NCBI GenBank assembly: GCA_040954595.2
Contig: CM082576.2
Location: forward strand, 6,637,129 to 6,701,128
Reading direction: 5' to 3'
From: Balanoglossus misakiensis
Lineage: Eukaryota; Animalia; Hemichordata
DNA: 64,000 nucleotides
Shown: piece after piece, positions 29,001-41,800 of the stretch
Numbering within the stretch: the first letter of the stretch is position 1
How the letters are laid out: each line of letters opens with the position of its first letter
Notes under the pieces: model-generated
The model's database searches: none
What the model was told of the DNA's origin: nothing
The model's input: the letters and a program-made list of their open reading frames with translations, nothing else
Made by a program: the position numbers and the translations under genes

Positions 29001-29188
29001 CTAGACACAGAAGAAAAAAGACTTACCACAAGTTCTGCAAATTTTGCATTGAGTTCGTCCGGCGGTGGCATAGGAACAGCCAACTCCATGGGATGAAGAG
29101 CGATTCCATTGTCAGCGCCGTACGTGATCTCCGGGACGTCGTCCCCGCCACCAAAACAACACCAACCGCCTCGTCTTTTACGCGGCAT
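8050..29188 (-). CDS. DAAM: Dishevelled-associated activator of morphogenesis (DAAM) formin with GBD/FH3, coiled coil, FH1, FH2 and DAD
   Basis: About 24 GT-AG exons splice in frame. Segments: [17 protein letters not shown] (29188-29027); [25 protein letters not shown] (27951-27862); [22 protein letters not shown]; [23 protein letters not shown]; [14 protein letters not shown]; poly-Pro FH1 (about 12232-12045); [14 protein letters not shown]; [20 protein letters not shown]; VLAVGNYMN; [11 protein letters not shown]; and [19 protein letters not shown] plus a basic tail. Stop TGA at 8052-8050. Confidence 0.96.
10726..11097. repeat. Near-perfect tandem duplication (2 x 184 bp) filling a DAAM intron
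   Basis: Units start at 10726 and 10910 (AAATCACTGGTGAATGAATG...). They look identical apart from a terminal G-run (13 vs 15 G). Confidence 0.93.
17352..17550. repeat. Diverged local duplication (about 60-85 bp)
   Basis: TAGTTCATTGT..ACACA.GTCAGTGTCC.ATTTAT..CTGATGAG.TTTCAAGAC occurs at about 17352 and about 17463. Confidence 0.65.
21241..21969. mobile_element. PIF/Harbinger (Tourist-like) MITE, 729 bp, TAA target-site duplication
   Basis: TAA-GGCTGCATTCACAAAcacctcttgagggggggg ... cccccccctcctgaggatTTTGTGAATGCAGCC-TAA. The TIR core is 15 bp and perfect, and there are repeated subterminal TTCAAATCCCCC motifs. Confidence 0.85.
22123..23019 (-). mobile_element. Probable non-autonomous Helentron/HINE-like element
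   Basis: Perfect 15-bp terminal hairpin AGGGGACCAAGCGCC-tgag-GGCGCTTGGTCCCCT (22983-23016) beside an AAG-rich tract. It also has GTCCGTCC and AAATCTTCTTCTC..GAAATTTGG motifs and a small palindromic CAGCTGCATGAAGCTG end near 22126. The family assignment is by architecture only. Confidence 0.55.
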
Positions 29189-32100
29189 GGCGACTCTTGC
29201 TGTTGTTACACGTCACACACAGACTACATCTATTCTGTGGATCAGAGAGAGAGAGAGAGAAAATGTGAGCTGAGCGAAGTTTGTCAGTGCAAGTTGCCTA
29301 TCAGATTGGCATGTGACACAGCTATTGGTTGGATGACTCTGGGGCAAAAGGGGATTCCAATGAAATGATGGCACAGGACATTCCTGGCAATGAACAAATC
29401 AACATGATACCCAAAATTATGAGCCGAGTCAAAACCATACATTGTACACACATGTACACGTACAATGTACTTACATTTATACTCCTAAATTAGTACCTTC
29501 ATCATGCCTAAACAACTTATTGGGGGTGACCCAAACAAGTCACATTTGATTACAAATTATTTACATGTAATTCCACATAACATTTTTATACACACACTGT
29601 AAAGCATTTCATGAACACATAAATGATGAGTCAACATCAGTCACACATACTGAAAAGTGAAATGTATCACGTCAGTGAACCAATTAGATGTAGGTCACAC
29701 CACCTGGGGCAGCGGGCTGAGAAATTTCCTATGACATTTTTCGCAAAAAGATTTTGGAGGAACTGCAACATTTCCTTTCATTCTGTTTTAGTGTACGAAA
29801 GTGCTTTTTTCTGACACTTGAAATTCTTTTGTGAAGTCTATTAGCAAGCAAGCGGCAGAACAAACAACACTTGACCACTTCTCCTCACAAATACAAGGTC
29901 ATGTTCAAAATCTCCCGAAAAGACAGAAAGTCAACAATTCTGTTGAAACGTACAAACACCACTGTGAAAGAGGAACTGCATCGTGACTTCTCGGGGGTCA
30001 CTAAACACCGATCAAAATCCATTATTATAGTTTATACGTCGTGTTACGTAAAGAACTGATGGTCGCCACTTTCCTCAGAATAGCAAATGTGTACCTGGCC
30101 TTGGGACAGAAAGTTTCTCAGCTGCAGATCAATCACAGACGGATACCTTATTTGAGTACAGGTGGTCGAGCAAACACAAAAAGCAATAGCGTACAGCAGT
30201 ACCTGGAAGAAGGCCACAGAACTCCGTCGGAGCATCTGAAATTACATGTAAACAGGCGTTTCTCTCTCTAATAGGTTTTGTGTAAACTCCTCCTCGAAGC
30301 CACAAACCCCAGAGCGCGTTGGCACTGTATCCGACGTCAGCCCTGTCGAAGGGAATGCGTTTCCTCCTGCAGGTCGCGACCCTTACATCAAATCAGCACA
30401 CGCACACAACCAGAGGCATAATATACCAAACGGGAAGAGTTTCACTTGGTAACAGGTTGCGGGCGACCCCCGTTTGACCTCTCCCATACAGCACAACTGA
30501 ACCGGGAGGGCCGGCGCACAAAAGCTGGCTATGTGTGACCAGTTGTCCATGACACAAGTTTGATTGCTTCTACGCAAAGTTTATTTTCTTGCACAACACC
30601 TGAAAATGCAGCCTAGGTAATAAAGAGCTGCGGTTAGCGCCACAGTGCACCCGGACCCCAATTGCTGCCCTCAAACATGGTCTTTTTATTGCCTCCTTCT
30701 GGGGTAAAGGCTAATCAAATAACCATAAAATATCCAGGCTTGCAAATGGCCAAAAGCAATCAGGGCGTTGTTTCGACCTCAAATATAAACAAGTTGAACT
30801 CCACCAGTGCTGTGGGTACTTCAACTTCCAACTACAATGTACTATACAATTGTACATGGGGTCCATGTCTTGGAACTTCATGCACATGTACTTGTGTGTG
30901 TGTATGCACACGGTACACTCTACATTGTGTGATCTGGTTCACCGAATCATTACTTCTGAAATGCCATACCAGTGATACTGACAGATAGATTGTACACAAT
31001 CGGAAAATGTTTACAGAACTACGACAAATGTATGCAAGTTAAATTCAAACTGCTTCCAAGAGGTCAGAAAGTCCATTTCCCCCCATGAAAAGACCGTTCA
31101 GATGCAAATGCTCACTTCCTCCTTTTTCTTCAGTCTTTTGTCGTGCAACCATTTACTTCTCCTCAAAGAGTAGAAATGATAACTTTGTCAAAATGCTCTT
31201 AAATTTTACACCCTAAATTGCACCGTGTCTGAACAGTTATGTCAAATGCTGGAAGTCTTTTTGTTATTATTTGGGTCCTTTTTAAGGGGGCTCTTGGAAG
31301 GATGGCCAGCTCTCAGTGTTATTAACAGGTTTAGTGTTTTCATAGCAAAATACTGTGTTCTTGGTGTAAGGGGGGGGGGATTACATGTCAATGCTGATTA
31401 AGTTGAGGTAACAACATGTATGTGCATACAACTGTGAAACAAAATCTTTGTAAAAGTGCAGAACCCCATGAAACCCACAAACAATGGCCAGCATGCACCA
31501 GACTATTATTCTTGGGGGGAAAAATTGGAGACATTCCAATGTGTCAGTGTCGTACCTTTGCTGGCTCCAATTAAAAACAGCTCCACCACTTGTTTACATC
31601 CTGTATTCCAATCACAGTTTCTTTGACAGCGGACGTTTAAAAATAACCACGACACAGCGAAATTGCTGCGGTTTGTGCGTGTTCCACAATCCACACCTTG
31701 TCAGCTGTACTGAGAAGCCAGGTGAAAATGACCTATTTGAACTTCCTCACAGGCTGCGGCAGGAACCCAGAAGTAGATGAAAATAGATTCTGGCAACAAC
31801 TACAAGAGAGGGTGATATATTTGTCTATTGTCACGCTTCAGAATAGCAGTAACTCACCCGGACAAACAGTGGGTCATGGCTGATGTAAACGTTAAGTCAA
31901 TATTCGGGACCACTTGAACCCATGTTGCTAAAATGGCAGAGGAGGTTACATTTGTAATACAACTCCTGCAGAGGAGGTGATGGAGGCCACTCCACAACAA
32001 TGACAGTGTTCAACTCCAGTCTGCCCTTGATGACAAAAGCCTGCGCGGTTGGCAGGGCTGATCAAGCTGTGAGGAAAACAATACCCAATTAGATCTCTCC

Positions 32101-32439
32101 CACATTCCCAAAGATCTAATCTGGACCGTCCTAAAGGTTGCCGGTAGCTGGATTGATTTTTATCGCGGTAATCTCTCAGAAGCATGCATCTGATGCGTGC
32201 GTACAGCACCCTAGAAACTGCTGGCCTGCTTGCTATGCCATCTAAAAAATCCACCTGTCCGAGAGTGAAGTAACCCTCGAGGCATCAGGTATTTCAATTG
32301 GCTGAACTCTGCACTTACATGTACATGTACCTAGTTTACTTTAAACTTGCACGTCCACAGGAGGGAGCTGATAACAAGATAGCTGATAGACATAAACGCA
32401 GCACACCTAAATTACAATGAACATGGTGACCCTGACTGC

Positions 32440-32525
32440 AGAGACAACCTTACCATAAAAGTTAACCTCACCTGCTGAGACAGCTTTACCACAAACCTCA
32501 CCTGCTGAGACAGACTTACAACAAA
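32440..32525. repeat. Short tandem repeat, about 30-36 bp unit, about 2.5 copies
   Basis: AACCTCACCTGCTGAGACAG..TTAC.ACAA at about 32464 and about 32494, with a partial copy upstream. Confidence 0.75.
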
Positions 32526-35500
32526 AGTGTTCCTGCGACTGGCAATAGGCCTGTAGTTGTACACACCTGACCATACTCTCAAACTGATCGCATGAAATGG
32601 ATCTGACCTCGTGGCTAACACTGCTCTGCAGTTCCCTGCTGTATCAATCACAAAGCCCCGAGACATACTTCATGACAAAGCGCGGCAGTCCGCTGTATAC
32701 ACCGGGAGTACTCTCTCCCAAGACCTTTGGTAATGTTAGAAGAAGCTTGTTTATCTGCACCGCTGACCTGTCTGTAAACTGTTTTATCAACCTCTCCTAC
32801 AGACTTGACAAACATTGACTGGTTCACCCTTGAGATTAGCAAATCATTTCCCACCTTTTCGGTCAGATACCAAATACCACAGAGTACCAGATTACCCTTC
32901 AAACACTCACTTAGCACTTCTAGTTCTCTACTGTACAACGCTGTTAGATTACGGGTAGATCAGAACGGGGGTAAAATTAACTCCAAGAACACAACTGCAA
33001 GGTGCACATGTCATTTAGCGTACACCTTTGCACACTGCATACCGGGCATTTGCATCGGACACAAGGTCAGGCAAACTTCAACATGTATTTCAAAATATTT
33101 TACAGCCATACATGTACAAAGCTGTGCTATGTCAAAAATGCAGACAAAAATAAGAATTCCTGTAGACTAGCGATGAACCTGTGATTATCAATAGGACCTC
33201 TGTGCATTCCAATATAAACACAGAAGAACCAGTATTTTATTAATTCATAGAGATGAATCATATGTAAATTAATTACACATTGCAACAAACATAACATATC
33301 TACATGCAGTTATTCATTTTTGAAGTGATTGTTTAGCACTGCCCTATATGTATCTATTCTTTTACATAACACTATTATCAACAGCTGCTTGCAATCAGAC
33401 TGCCACTGGTCTTACATGTACCTCTACATGTTGTCAAAGACCAAGCAGTAATGGTGAGAGTTAAAGCCTTTATTTTTATGTATTATTTCTCTAAAAAAAT
33501 AAAATATCAAATTACTTAAAATTTCTTTCAGATAGAGGACACACAGAAGTCCAAGAAGTAATGCTGCAAGTACATGTAGTGTACAGACATTCATAATTCT
33601 GACATTCTGATTGGTTAACCATATTGGTGACATCACATGTACTTCCCTTCATGCATCATAATGCCCGCTGTTTATTTGGAAAGTGAAAGTTTACTTTTTA
33701 GGGGCCACCAAATTACACTCTTTTTTTCTGATTGTTTAACCCGCTGAGAAACTCAAATGTTGAAAAGATGAAAGTAAATCCGAGTGTAAGGTTTGTTTAC
33801 TTTCATTGTCAATGTTTGCAAATGTTGAACCAACTTGTAAATCGAAGCTGGATGCAGTTACATTGCTCTAACACAGGCCATATGTAAACAATGAGCCCAG
33901 TTCAAAATACAATGAATGTTCAAACTCACCAGGACAATGGGGTTTTCTTGTTCAGGAAAAATATTTTGCATAAATCAACAAACTGAGCAACCAAACAGAC
34001 AAGGTGCCAAAATGCAACTGTACGAATCACTTCACTCCTCTAGGAATCAAAAAACTTCCCTCTCCTCACAAATGACAAAGAAATCTCTGGTAGCGGATGC
34101 AAGGTTAGGACAGACAAGGCCTATCAGTAATCTATATACCGATAGTCCAATGGCTTCGCGCGCGGACTAAATAAACTAATGACTCAGCCCAGATACAGGA
34201 GGAAACTGGTACATTGTATCCTCTGAGGGGTCAGTCACAGAGTGTCAGTCTCTATTGACTGGATGCAAGGTCTAGGTCACAGCCAAGGCAGGGCAGTATT
34301 TATCGGCATAATTGGCATTCCCCTTGACTGTAATCATACCATGAAGAACGACAATTCAGTAAATGACTTCACCACAAAAAAGCACAAAAAAAATTCAAAG
34401 GCAGGAATACGGAGGGTGTCACTGGACACAATACCATTTTAATTACCGTCTCATTTTACCTCACCCTCTAAAGTTACTATGGCAGATGGTTCAAGATCCC
34501 TAGAAACTTTGCTTTCCATAAATCACCAACTGCAGAACAAAAGAAATGTGACAACTTCCACGACACTAGAGCATGCCATGGTTTCCATATTGTTATTGAT
34601 TGTACCGCAGAGACTTGAGGCATGGGGCACTATGTGTGATATTGCTAGCTTGATCCATATTTCAAATTATGCCATGGCTGCCTATGTACACACACACACT
34701 GTCTGCATGTCTGATGTCTCTCCTGGCTCAAATTAGGTGATAGATGCCATAAATCTACAGTGGAATCATGCATACTTACAAATGTACTACTGATTTCATT
34801 CTATATTTAAGTTATGTGACTGCTCAAGTGTATTTACAAATGCATGGAAAGACAAAAGAAAAATACAATTAACACACGTTTTTAAATATAACAATTGGTG
34901 CGGAATAATTTTTTTTTTTTAGTAAATGGAATACTAAAATCTCCAAATTATTAAAAGCTACCATTAAAATACCATTAAAAATGTAAAATATTAAAAACTA
35001 CAAATTTCTCCTGGAATATCAAACAATAGTAATCATTCATACACACAACTGTATTAACATGTTGTTACAAGTCCCACAATGCAACTGACAAAGCCTACAT
35101 GTACATTTACATCATGTACCATTTACACAAATACAAACACCAGGCAAACACCCCTACATGGACACAAAACTACGGTGGTACGCTGCAAAGTGAACTCACA
35201 CAGACAATTACCTGACTCGTGAGACAGTTGCGGACCTAAGTCATGTGAACGAAGATTGCCTGGTTAAAATCATCACATAACAGTTTCAGACATCTACACT
35301 TCACGGAATGAGCATTTCAGTCACGCAAAATGCAAATGTCGGCCTTCCTTTCAGAGGCAAGACTGATTAAACCCTAAAGTGCCAGACACATGCACACGAA
35401 ATTTTCAATTACCATATCTAATCAGTGTCATTAATATCAAGTATTTGCCTTCCAAATGATAACTACAGTAGTCATGAATGCAATTATTGTCATATTTGAA

Positions 35501-38347
35501 CACAAATATAACCTGACCATCATATTGAATAATTGCACCACTCTACAAATGTACATCAGTACATGTATACATGTAGTAATCTGTGGCCAGAAAATTTGAT
35601 CATCTTCACTATACTCAAACAAGCTTTCTATTTGGAAAAAAAAAAGAGATTTTCTTTTCTTCATCCCACGCACAATGCCAATAGAAACAGGTACATGTGT
35701 GCTAGTATGACACGAACAGAAACTGACACTCCTGTGACGTGAATAAGATCAAATGTCACACACACAGTTGGCCATGACAAAGCAGGTGAATATCTGGTTG
35801 ACGTCAGCGTAAAAAAATGGAAATGTTGGGGGTTTTCACATACACATATGCAAATCTGATGCAGTGTGGACACAAACGCTGATAAAATAAGATGCATGTT
35901 TAAATCACCACGAAAAAGCCTTGAGGGAAGCGCATGCCATTCTTGGCAGTGAATCAAAATCGCTGCTGGCTCTTTATCTAGAGGCTAACATTTGCATTTT
36001 GATACTTGAAAGGAACTCACTCCACTCAACAGGACCTGATTATCTCTCAGTCTATCGTGGACACTGCCGCAGAAATAGAAAATGACTGTACTGCATTCAG
36101 AGAGAGAGAGGGACTAGCATAAAATGCTAAGCTGGAAACTATCCAATAAAACAAATGAACAACAACTTCTTCAACTGCATGTACAGTGTACAGACAAAAA
36201 TGACCAACACTGAGCAAGGTTAGCGAAAAATATTTTGTTGACCCATGCACACATGGCCAGAATGATTATAATTTGCTCGCCATAGGACAGATGGTGACAA
36301 ATTCAATCAAATCTAAAAATAGTTTTAAATATTGCAGCTGGGCAAACTTGTTTCCCCTGATGTGGTTATTTTGAAATGTGCACCTGTACACAACCCTTCA
36401 ATCTTGTCCAAATGTATGCGCAAAAGATAAGTGACCTTTGACAGACCAAAGGTGGCTCTAATCACCACAAAGAATCTATGATATTAATATTTCAAGATGT
36501 TGAAGAGGTTAATCCACTTCTTAATATTCTCGAGTGCATGTTAACCTCTTTCACAGACAGAAGCCCACCCAACTCACATGGGAGGTTGGGCGGGAGGACA
36601 GATGCAAGACAGCTGGCCGAGAGACCCCACTCCCTGCTACAACCCATTTGGCATGCATCTGCCTATCCGTAAATTTGGGACTGATGATGAAGATCCCACT
36701 GGGTATTGACACTTGATCCCCCCCCCCTCCCCAACATTTTAAGCAAATCAGCCAGCCTGCCCATTACTCTTTTATCTGCAGTTCTGGACACTAAGGCAGA
36801 CATAAAAGGATGTGTACATAGCAACATCCAACTCAGCAGGAGAAAACATAAAGACTTGTCCCCTAAGAATGCACTTCCTGAAACCAATATCTTCCCATTT
36901 CCATCAGACACTGTTTATTTTTGTTTGCTCCTCAACTTGATGGCTTCCGCACTGATTCAGTGATTGAATTACGGAATAGGACAGAGTCAGACACTAACAT
37001 ATGGATGCGATGAGATCGGGAGAAAAAGGAGGAACGGTTGAATGTTTTATTCAAACATTAAACCATTCTTCCCAAACTAACAAAAAGTATATGCAAAGAG
37101 GATGCCCAAGTATAATTTTAAGAAATGTTTCCCCTAATTTTCAAGAACCTAAGGCTGACCCAGCATTGTACACTATGATTATTGGTAAACACCTTTTATC
37201 ATAAAATTACACCCCGATGAGATGATAAAACTAGGTTCTGAACCATATCTCTTAATCACACTCTGAAATAGAAACTGAACAGGAAATGAGCAATTTTTCT
37301 AACTCTGTGGTATTTTGAATTCCTAAAGTGGTAACGTTCACCACAGTTCTTCCGTCACATCCGTGACCGGGAGTTTCTAATAATATTCATCATTTCACGG
37401 TCGAGATGGAAAATGCATTTTTTCCTCAATAAATACATACTACGGCAGTTATTTCATAGACGACAAAGATGGTTTTTGAGGATCCTTTGGTAGTAAGAAT
37501 GATCTTAAGAAGACACAGAGATTAGAATCCCAAGGTTCATCACAAAATTAGCATTTACTTTAATTAGCATAATATTAACACAGCATCCTGAAACACTTAT
37601 GCTAAATGTGCTAATTTATGCCAATAAATGGAGTAATTCATATTTCTACTAATGTCCACATCAAATATTACTACGTTTGTTAGGCAGAGAAGTAAATATT
37701 ACACTGCTACGGCGGAAGTGCTGGTACGATTCTACGAAGCAGTGGAATTTCTTTCACGGGGAACAGGGATGGGTTTTTTCACAACACGGTGATGATTGCC
37801 TTGGAGTGGTTTTAGGCCAGACTGGGTGACTGATGTGTGCCAGAACGATAGATAAACCCATGTGACGATCGGACAAAACGTTCGAACTCAAATTTTCACG
37901 CGATCGTTTCATGTTAAATTAAAGTAGGTCGCCTGGTCATCAAGAAAATTTGTGACAATCAGACATACACAACGTTGCAATGTTCATTGAAAAATAAACA
38001 ATACTGTTGATAACCAATTAATCAACTCAAGTATCTGAATGTAGGGCTCAGACCTCTCGGGGAAGCCAAAAATAACGGCCCGCTGGACAGGTCCAAGTGG
38101 CGATCGCGAATCGCGATGACGTGAAAGTGACACCGATAGGGCTGACATCATTCAGACATTCTCATACATGATCGCGATCGGCACAGCGCAGTCGAGTAGC
38201 AAAAACACCGCACACCCTTTACCACACCGGTTAGGTTGTGAAAGTAGCGATCGGTGGCAAAAATTCGTTTCTCCCGTGCCTTAACCGGAAAAACCCAGCA
38301 TCGGAATCATCCTGCGAATAATGCTTTGGCAGTGAGTGATTACTTAC

Positions 38348-38430
38348 CTGATTTTAGGTCATTTTACACGGCTACAAGAAAGAGACACCCAACACAGCTC
38401 TTTCTCTTCACTTGTTTAGCATAATAAACC
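38348..38430 (-). other. Probable non-coding first exon (5' UTR) of DAAM
   Basis: Consensus donor CAG|GTAAGT on the minus strand (GT at 38347) next to the CpG-rich promoter. The ATG exon has its own acceptor at 29235 behind a (TC)n tract, so an upstream exon is required. The upstream limit (TSS) is a guess. Confidence 0.6.
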
Positions 38431-38816
38431 GGAAGCCAGAACAGACTATTTCCGCCTCTTTTCGGTAAACTTCGGGAATACGTTAAAACACTGCTTGCAA
38501 AAGGCTATTCGGACCTCTTTGATAAAGGTAAACTGTAACAAGTGTAAACGGTTGGCTCTAGTGTGGTTCTGCACTTTTTTCCTTACAAGCGGAAGGAAAC
38601 TGTCTCCCCAGAAAGTCAACTGCGACATTCGGACGTACCCGAAGATGACATCATCTAGTTAGATGAACGGGGACTCTGCGCATGCGGTAAATATTTTAGG
38701 GCCACAAAATGGCGTCCGCTGGCTGAAGTGTAAGCAGCCCGGAGAAAAAAAATATATGAAGAACGCCATCGTTGCCGTCTCACGAGTCACTTTTCGCACG
38801 AGACGAAGCTTTCAAA
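38400..38816. promoter_or_regulatory. Bidirectional promoter shared by DAAM (-) and KIF6 (+)
   Basis: CpG-rich interval between divergent 5' ends. Motifs: ETS CCGGAAG (about 38429) and GCGGAAG (about 38589); NRF1 TGCGCATGCG 38677-38686; YY1 CAAAATGGCG 38705-38714; RFX-like GTTGCCGTCTCAC 38771-38783. Confidence 0.7.
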
Positions 38817-41800
38817 ATGGTTAAGCAAGGAATTAAGATTTTTTGTCGCATAAAACCTACAAAGGCCAAGACTGCGGTATGTAATCCTAGAGTGACATGT
38901 ACAGTCTAGTCAAAACACGATATGTTTACATACATGATACATGTACTGATGTAATGATGTATGTACTAGTGTGTACTAGTATGCAACTTCCAATATCAGC
39001 AAAAACTATTGTTGTTAACTACTGAATTTTTATTTGGACTAATAATAGTATTTAGTAATATTCAATTGGTTACTATTTCCTAACCTTTCAGTTGTATGGC
39101 ATTGAAGAAGATGATGATGGTTCTGCAAAGTTAACAGTTGTGATCCCCAAGGATCTAGATGGGGGCTACATAAACAACAAAAAGGAAGAGTATAAGTTTA
39201 AATTCCAGAAAGCTTTCGACCAGACCACTAAACAAGATGAAATATTTGAACATGTTGCACAAGACGTCATTGACAAGTAGGTTATGTTGTGCAATTTGCG
39301 TGTTCAAAATTTTAACAGAAAAGTGTTTCAAATGTGATGACATTTTCACATTTATGACATTCTGTGTCTCTTCAAGGTGACTGCATGTAGAGTTATCAGA
39401 AACATGAAATTTATATGATTGTGACAAAATGATTGAATTTTACAACTTTTTTTTTGTCTTTCCACACAGCTGTTTACTTGGGTACAATGGAACAATATTT
39501 GCATATGGTCAGGTACGTTTATACTGGTGTCTATTCATATTCCTCAATTTGAAAGTAATCTTGAAATTACAGTGTACACCACTTTACATTTGTTTGCCAA
39601 ACTTTTCCCGCTGTTGCAATTAAACAATTATGCGTAAGTACAGGGTAACTTTGTCATATCATTACCCATATGGACAAAGTAAATGGCCTTTCCTGTTAGA
39701 ATTAAGACGGTAGATATTTTGTATCCAGTTAGGTATTGACCGTTCATTCACCTTTGTTTTTCAGACTGGAAGTGGTAAGACTTTCACCATAACTGGTGGA
39801 GCTGAGCGCTTTGTAGACAGAGGAATCATTCCAAGGACACTGTCGTATCTCTTTGAGTACTACGAAAAGGTAAGTCATGCAAAAGCAATCATAACATTAC
39901 AACAGGTAGTGATACAGAGAAAAGTATTATGGGATACCAAGAAGTATGAGGCCTCTGTGTGCAGTATGATATAAATCTTTGCAAACTTCTCTGAGCATAT
40001 TGCCGTCCTGTAGAGGACAGTGTTCTTGGGTAAAGGAAACTGCAGTTTATCGAAACCCACCCTACATTCACTTATTTATCATCCCTCACTTGCAGAACTC
40101 CGAGAAGATTTTCACAACATACGTGTCCTATCTTGAAATTTACAACAACAGCGGCTATGATTTACTTGATCCAAGACATGAAGCCACTAAACTTGAAGAT
40201 CTGCCGTAAGTACAACTGATTTGTTTTTTTTTTCGTTGGTTATTTCAATAACTTCTTAATATAAATGGAAGGTGATTCTTTTGACTTGTATTAGTACTGA
40301 ATTTGGTAAACATTTTTTTTCTGTAGTAAGGTGTCACTGATGGAAGACACTGATCAGAACATTCATCTCAAGAACCTCTCAGTTCACCCGGCGAACAACG
40401 AAGAAGAGGCATTGAATTTGTTGTTCCTTGGTGACACCAACAGAATGATAGCAGAGGTGAGCTGTCTCCATGGGAGATGAGTTGCAGAAAATAGAATTTG
40501 ACATTTTGTAGAACAAAAATGATTCCTGGGAGATAACCATGTTTAATGCATATGTAATATTTCTCTACAGACTCCAATGAACCAGGCATCTACCAGATCA
40601 CATTGTATATTTACAATTCACATATCAGCCAGAGAACCAGGCTCTGCCACTATAAAGCGGGCTAAACTACATCTTGTAGATTTAGCAGGGTAAGTAAGTT
40701 AACTTGGTATTTTTCCAAAGCAATAAAGTCCACCTTACTTGTAAGTTGTTTGTACCTTGTAATTCATAGTAGAGGAACTTCCAACCATCATCACAGATAT
40801 TGATTCTATCGTCTTACCATGTTGCTTCCAGAGCTGTGGTTGAACTCATACTCGTAAACTGGGAGACAAGATGAATGGCTAAAACCGCACATGGCAGATC
40901 ACGAAAATTGACATTTTGTTCCTCCCCTGTTTTAGGTCAGAAAGAGTGCACAAGACAGGTGTCGGGGGAACTCTTCTGGCAGAAGCAAAGTTTATTAATG
41001 TATCATTGCATTTCTTAGAACAGGTAAGACACATCAATACAATCTCCTCCTATTTACATATGCCTATATGGCAGAAAGTTCATGTCTACTGGTAGGTCTA
41101 TAATGACCATCACCATGGCCACCACAAGTCTCTATATTCTTTACTATCAATCACGTGATCTGGCAATGTGTCACATGGCGCAGTCATTTCCAGATGACGG
41201 GCAAGCAATATTTCGGCATCCAGTAAAAGTTTTTCCGAGTATGTTTTTACTTTAGAACCGCCAAACACATAACATGTATCGGGTATGTTGCCTCATCAGC
41301 CTCATTGCATTTCGTCTGCACAGTCTTTGTCTGCACCACGTAAGTCCACGTTGCTGAAGTTGCCCGTCATCTGGAAATCTGAACGCGAACGTAACTGCCA
41401 CCTGAACGCGTCTGACGTCATTTGATAGCGAAGAATATCATCATTGGCCAAATTTTCATAGGTGACCATGTACATTCAAGCTATCTGTAACACTGCAGCT
41501 ACTGTTTGGTGCATTGCAGGTGATCATAGCACTCTCTGAGAAATCCAGGCAGCACATACCTTACAGGAACTCGATGATGACATCGGTGTTGAGGGACAGT
41601 CTGGGTGGTAACTGCATGACTACTATGATCGCAACATGCTCGGTGGAAAAGAAGAACATTGATGTGAGTATCAAGGGTCTTTGGATGGTTGGCATTTCTA
41701 GCGAGAAAGTCTGTGAGTAGTGTTGAGCAAGACAGGATAGATTTTGGCAACGTGACTTACAGAGTTAGCTGATAGAAGTGATGATCCCAAGGGACTGCTC

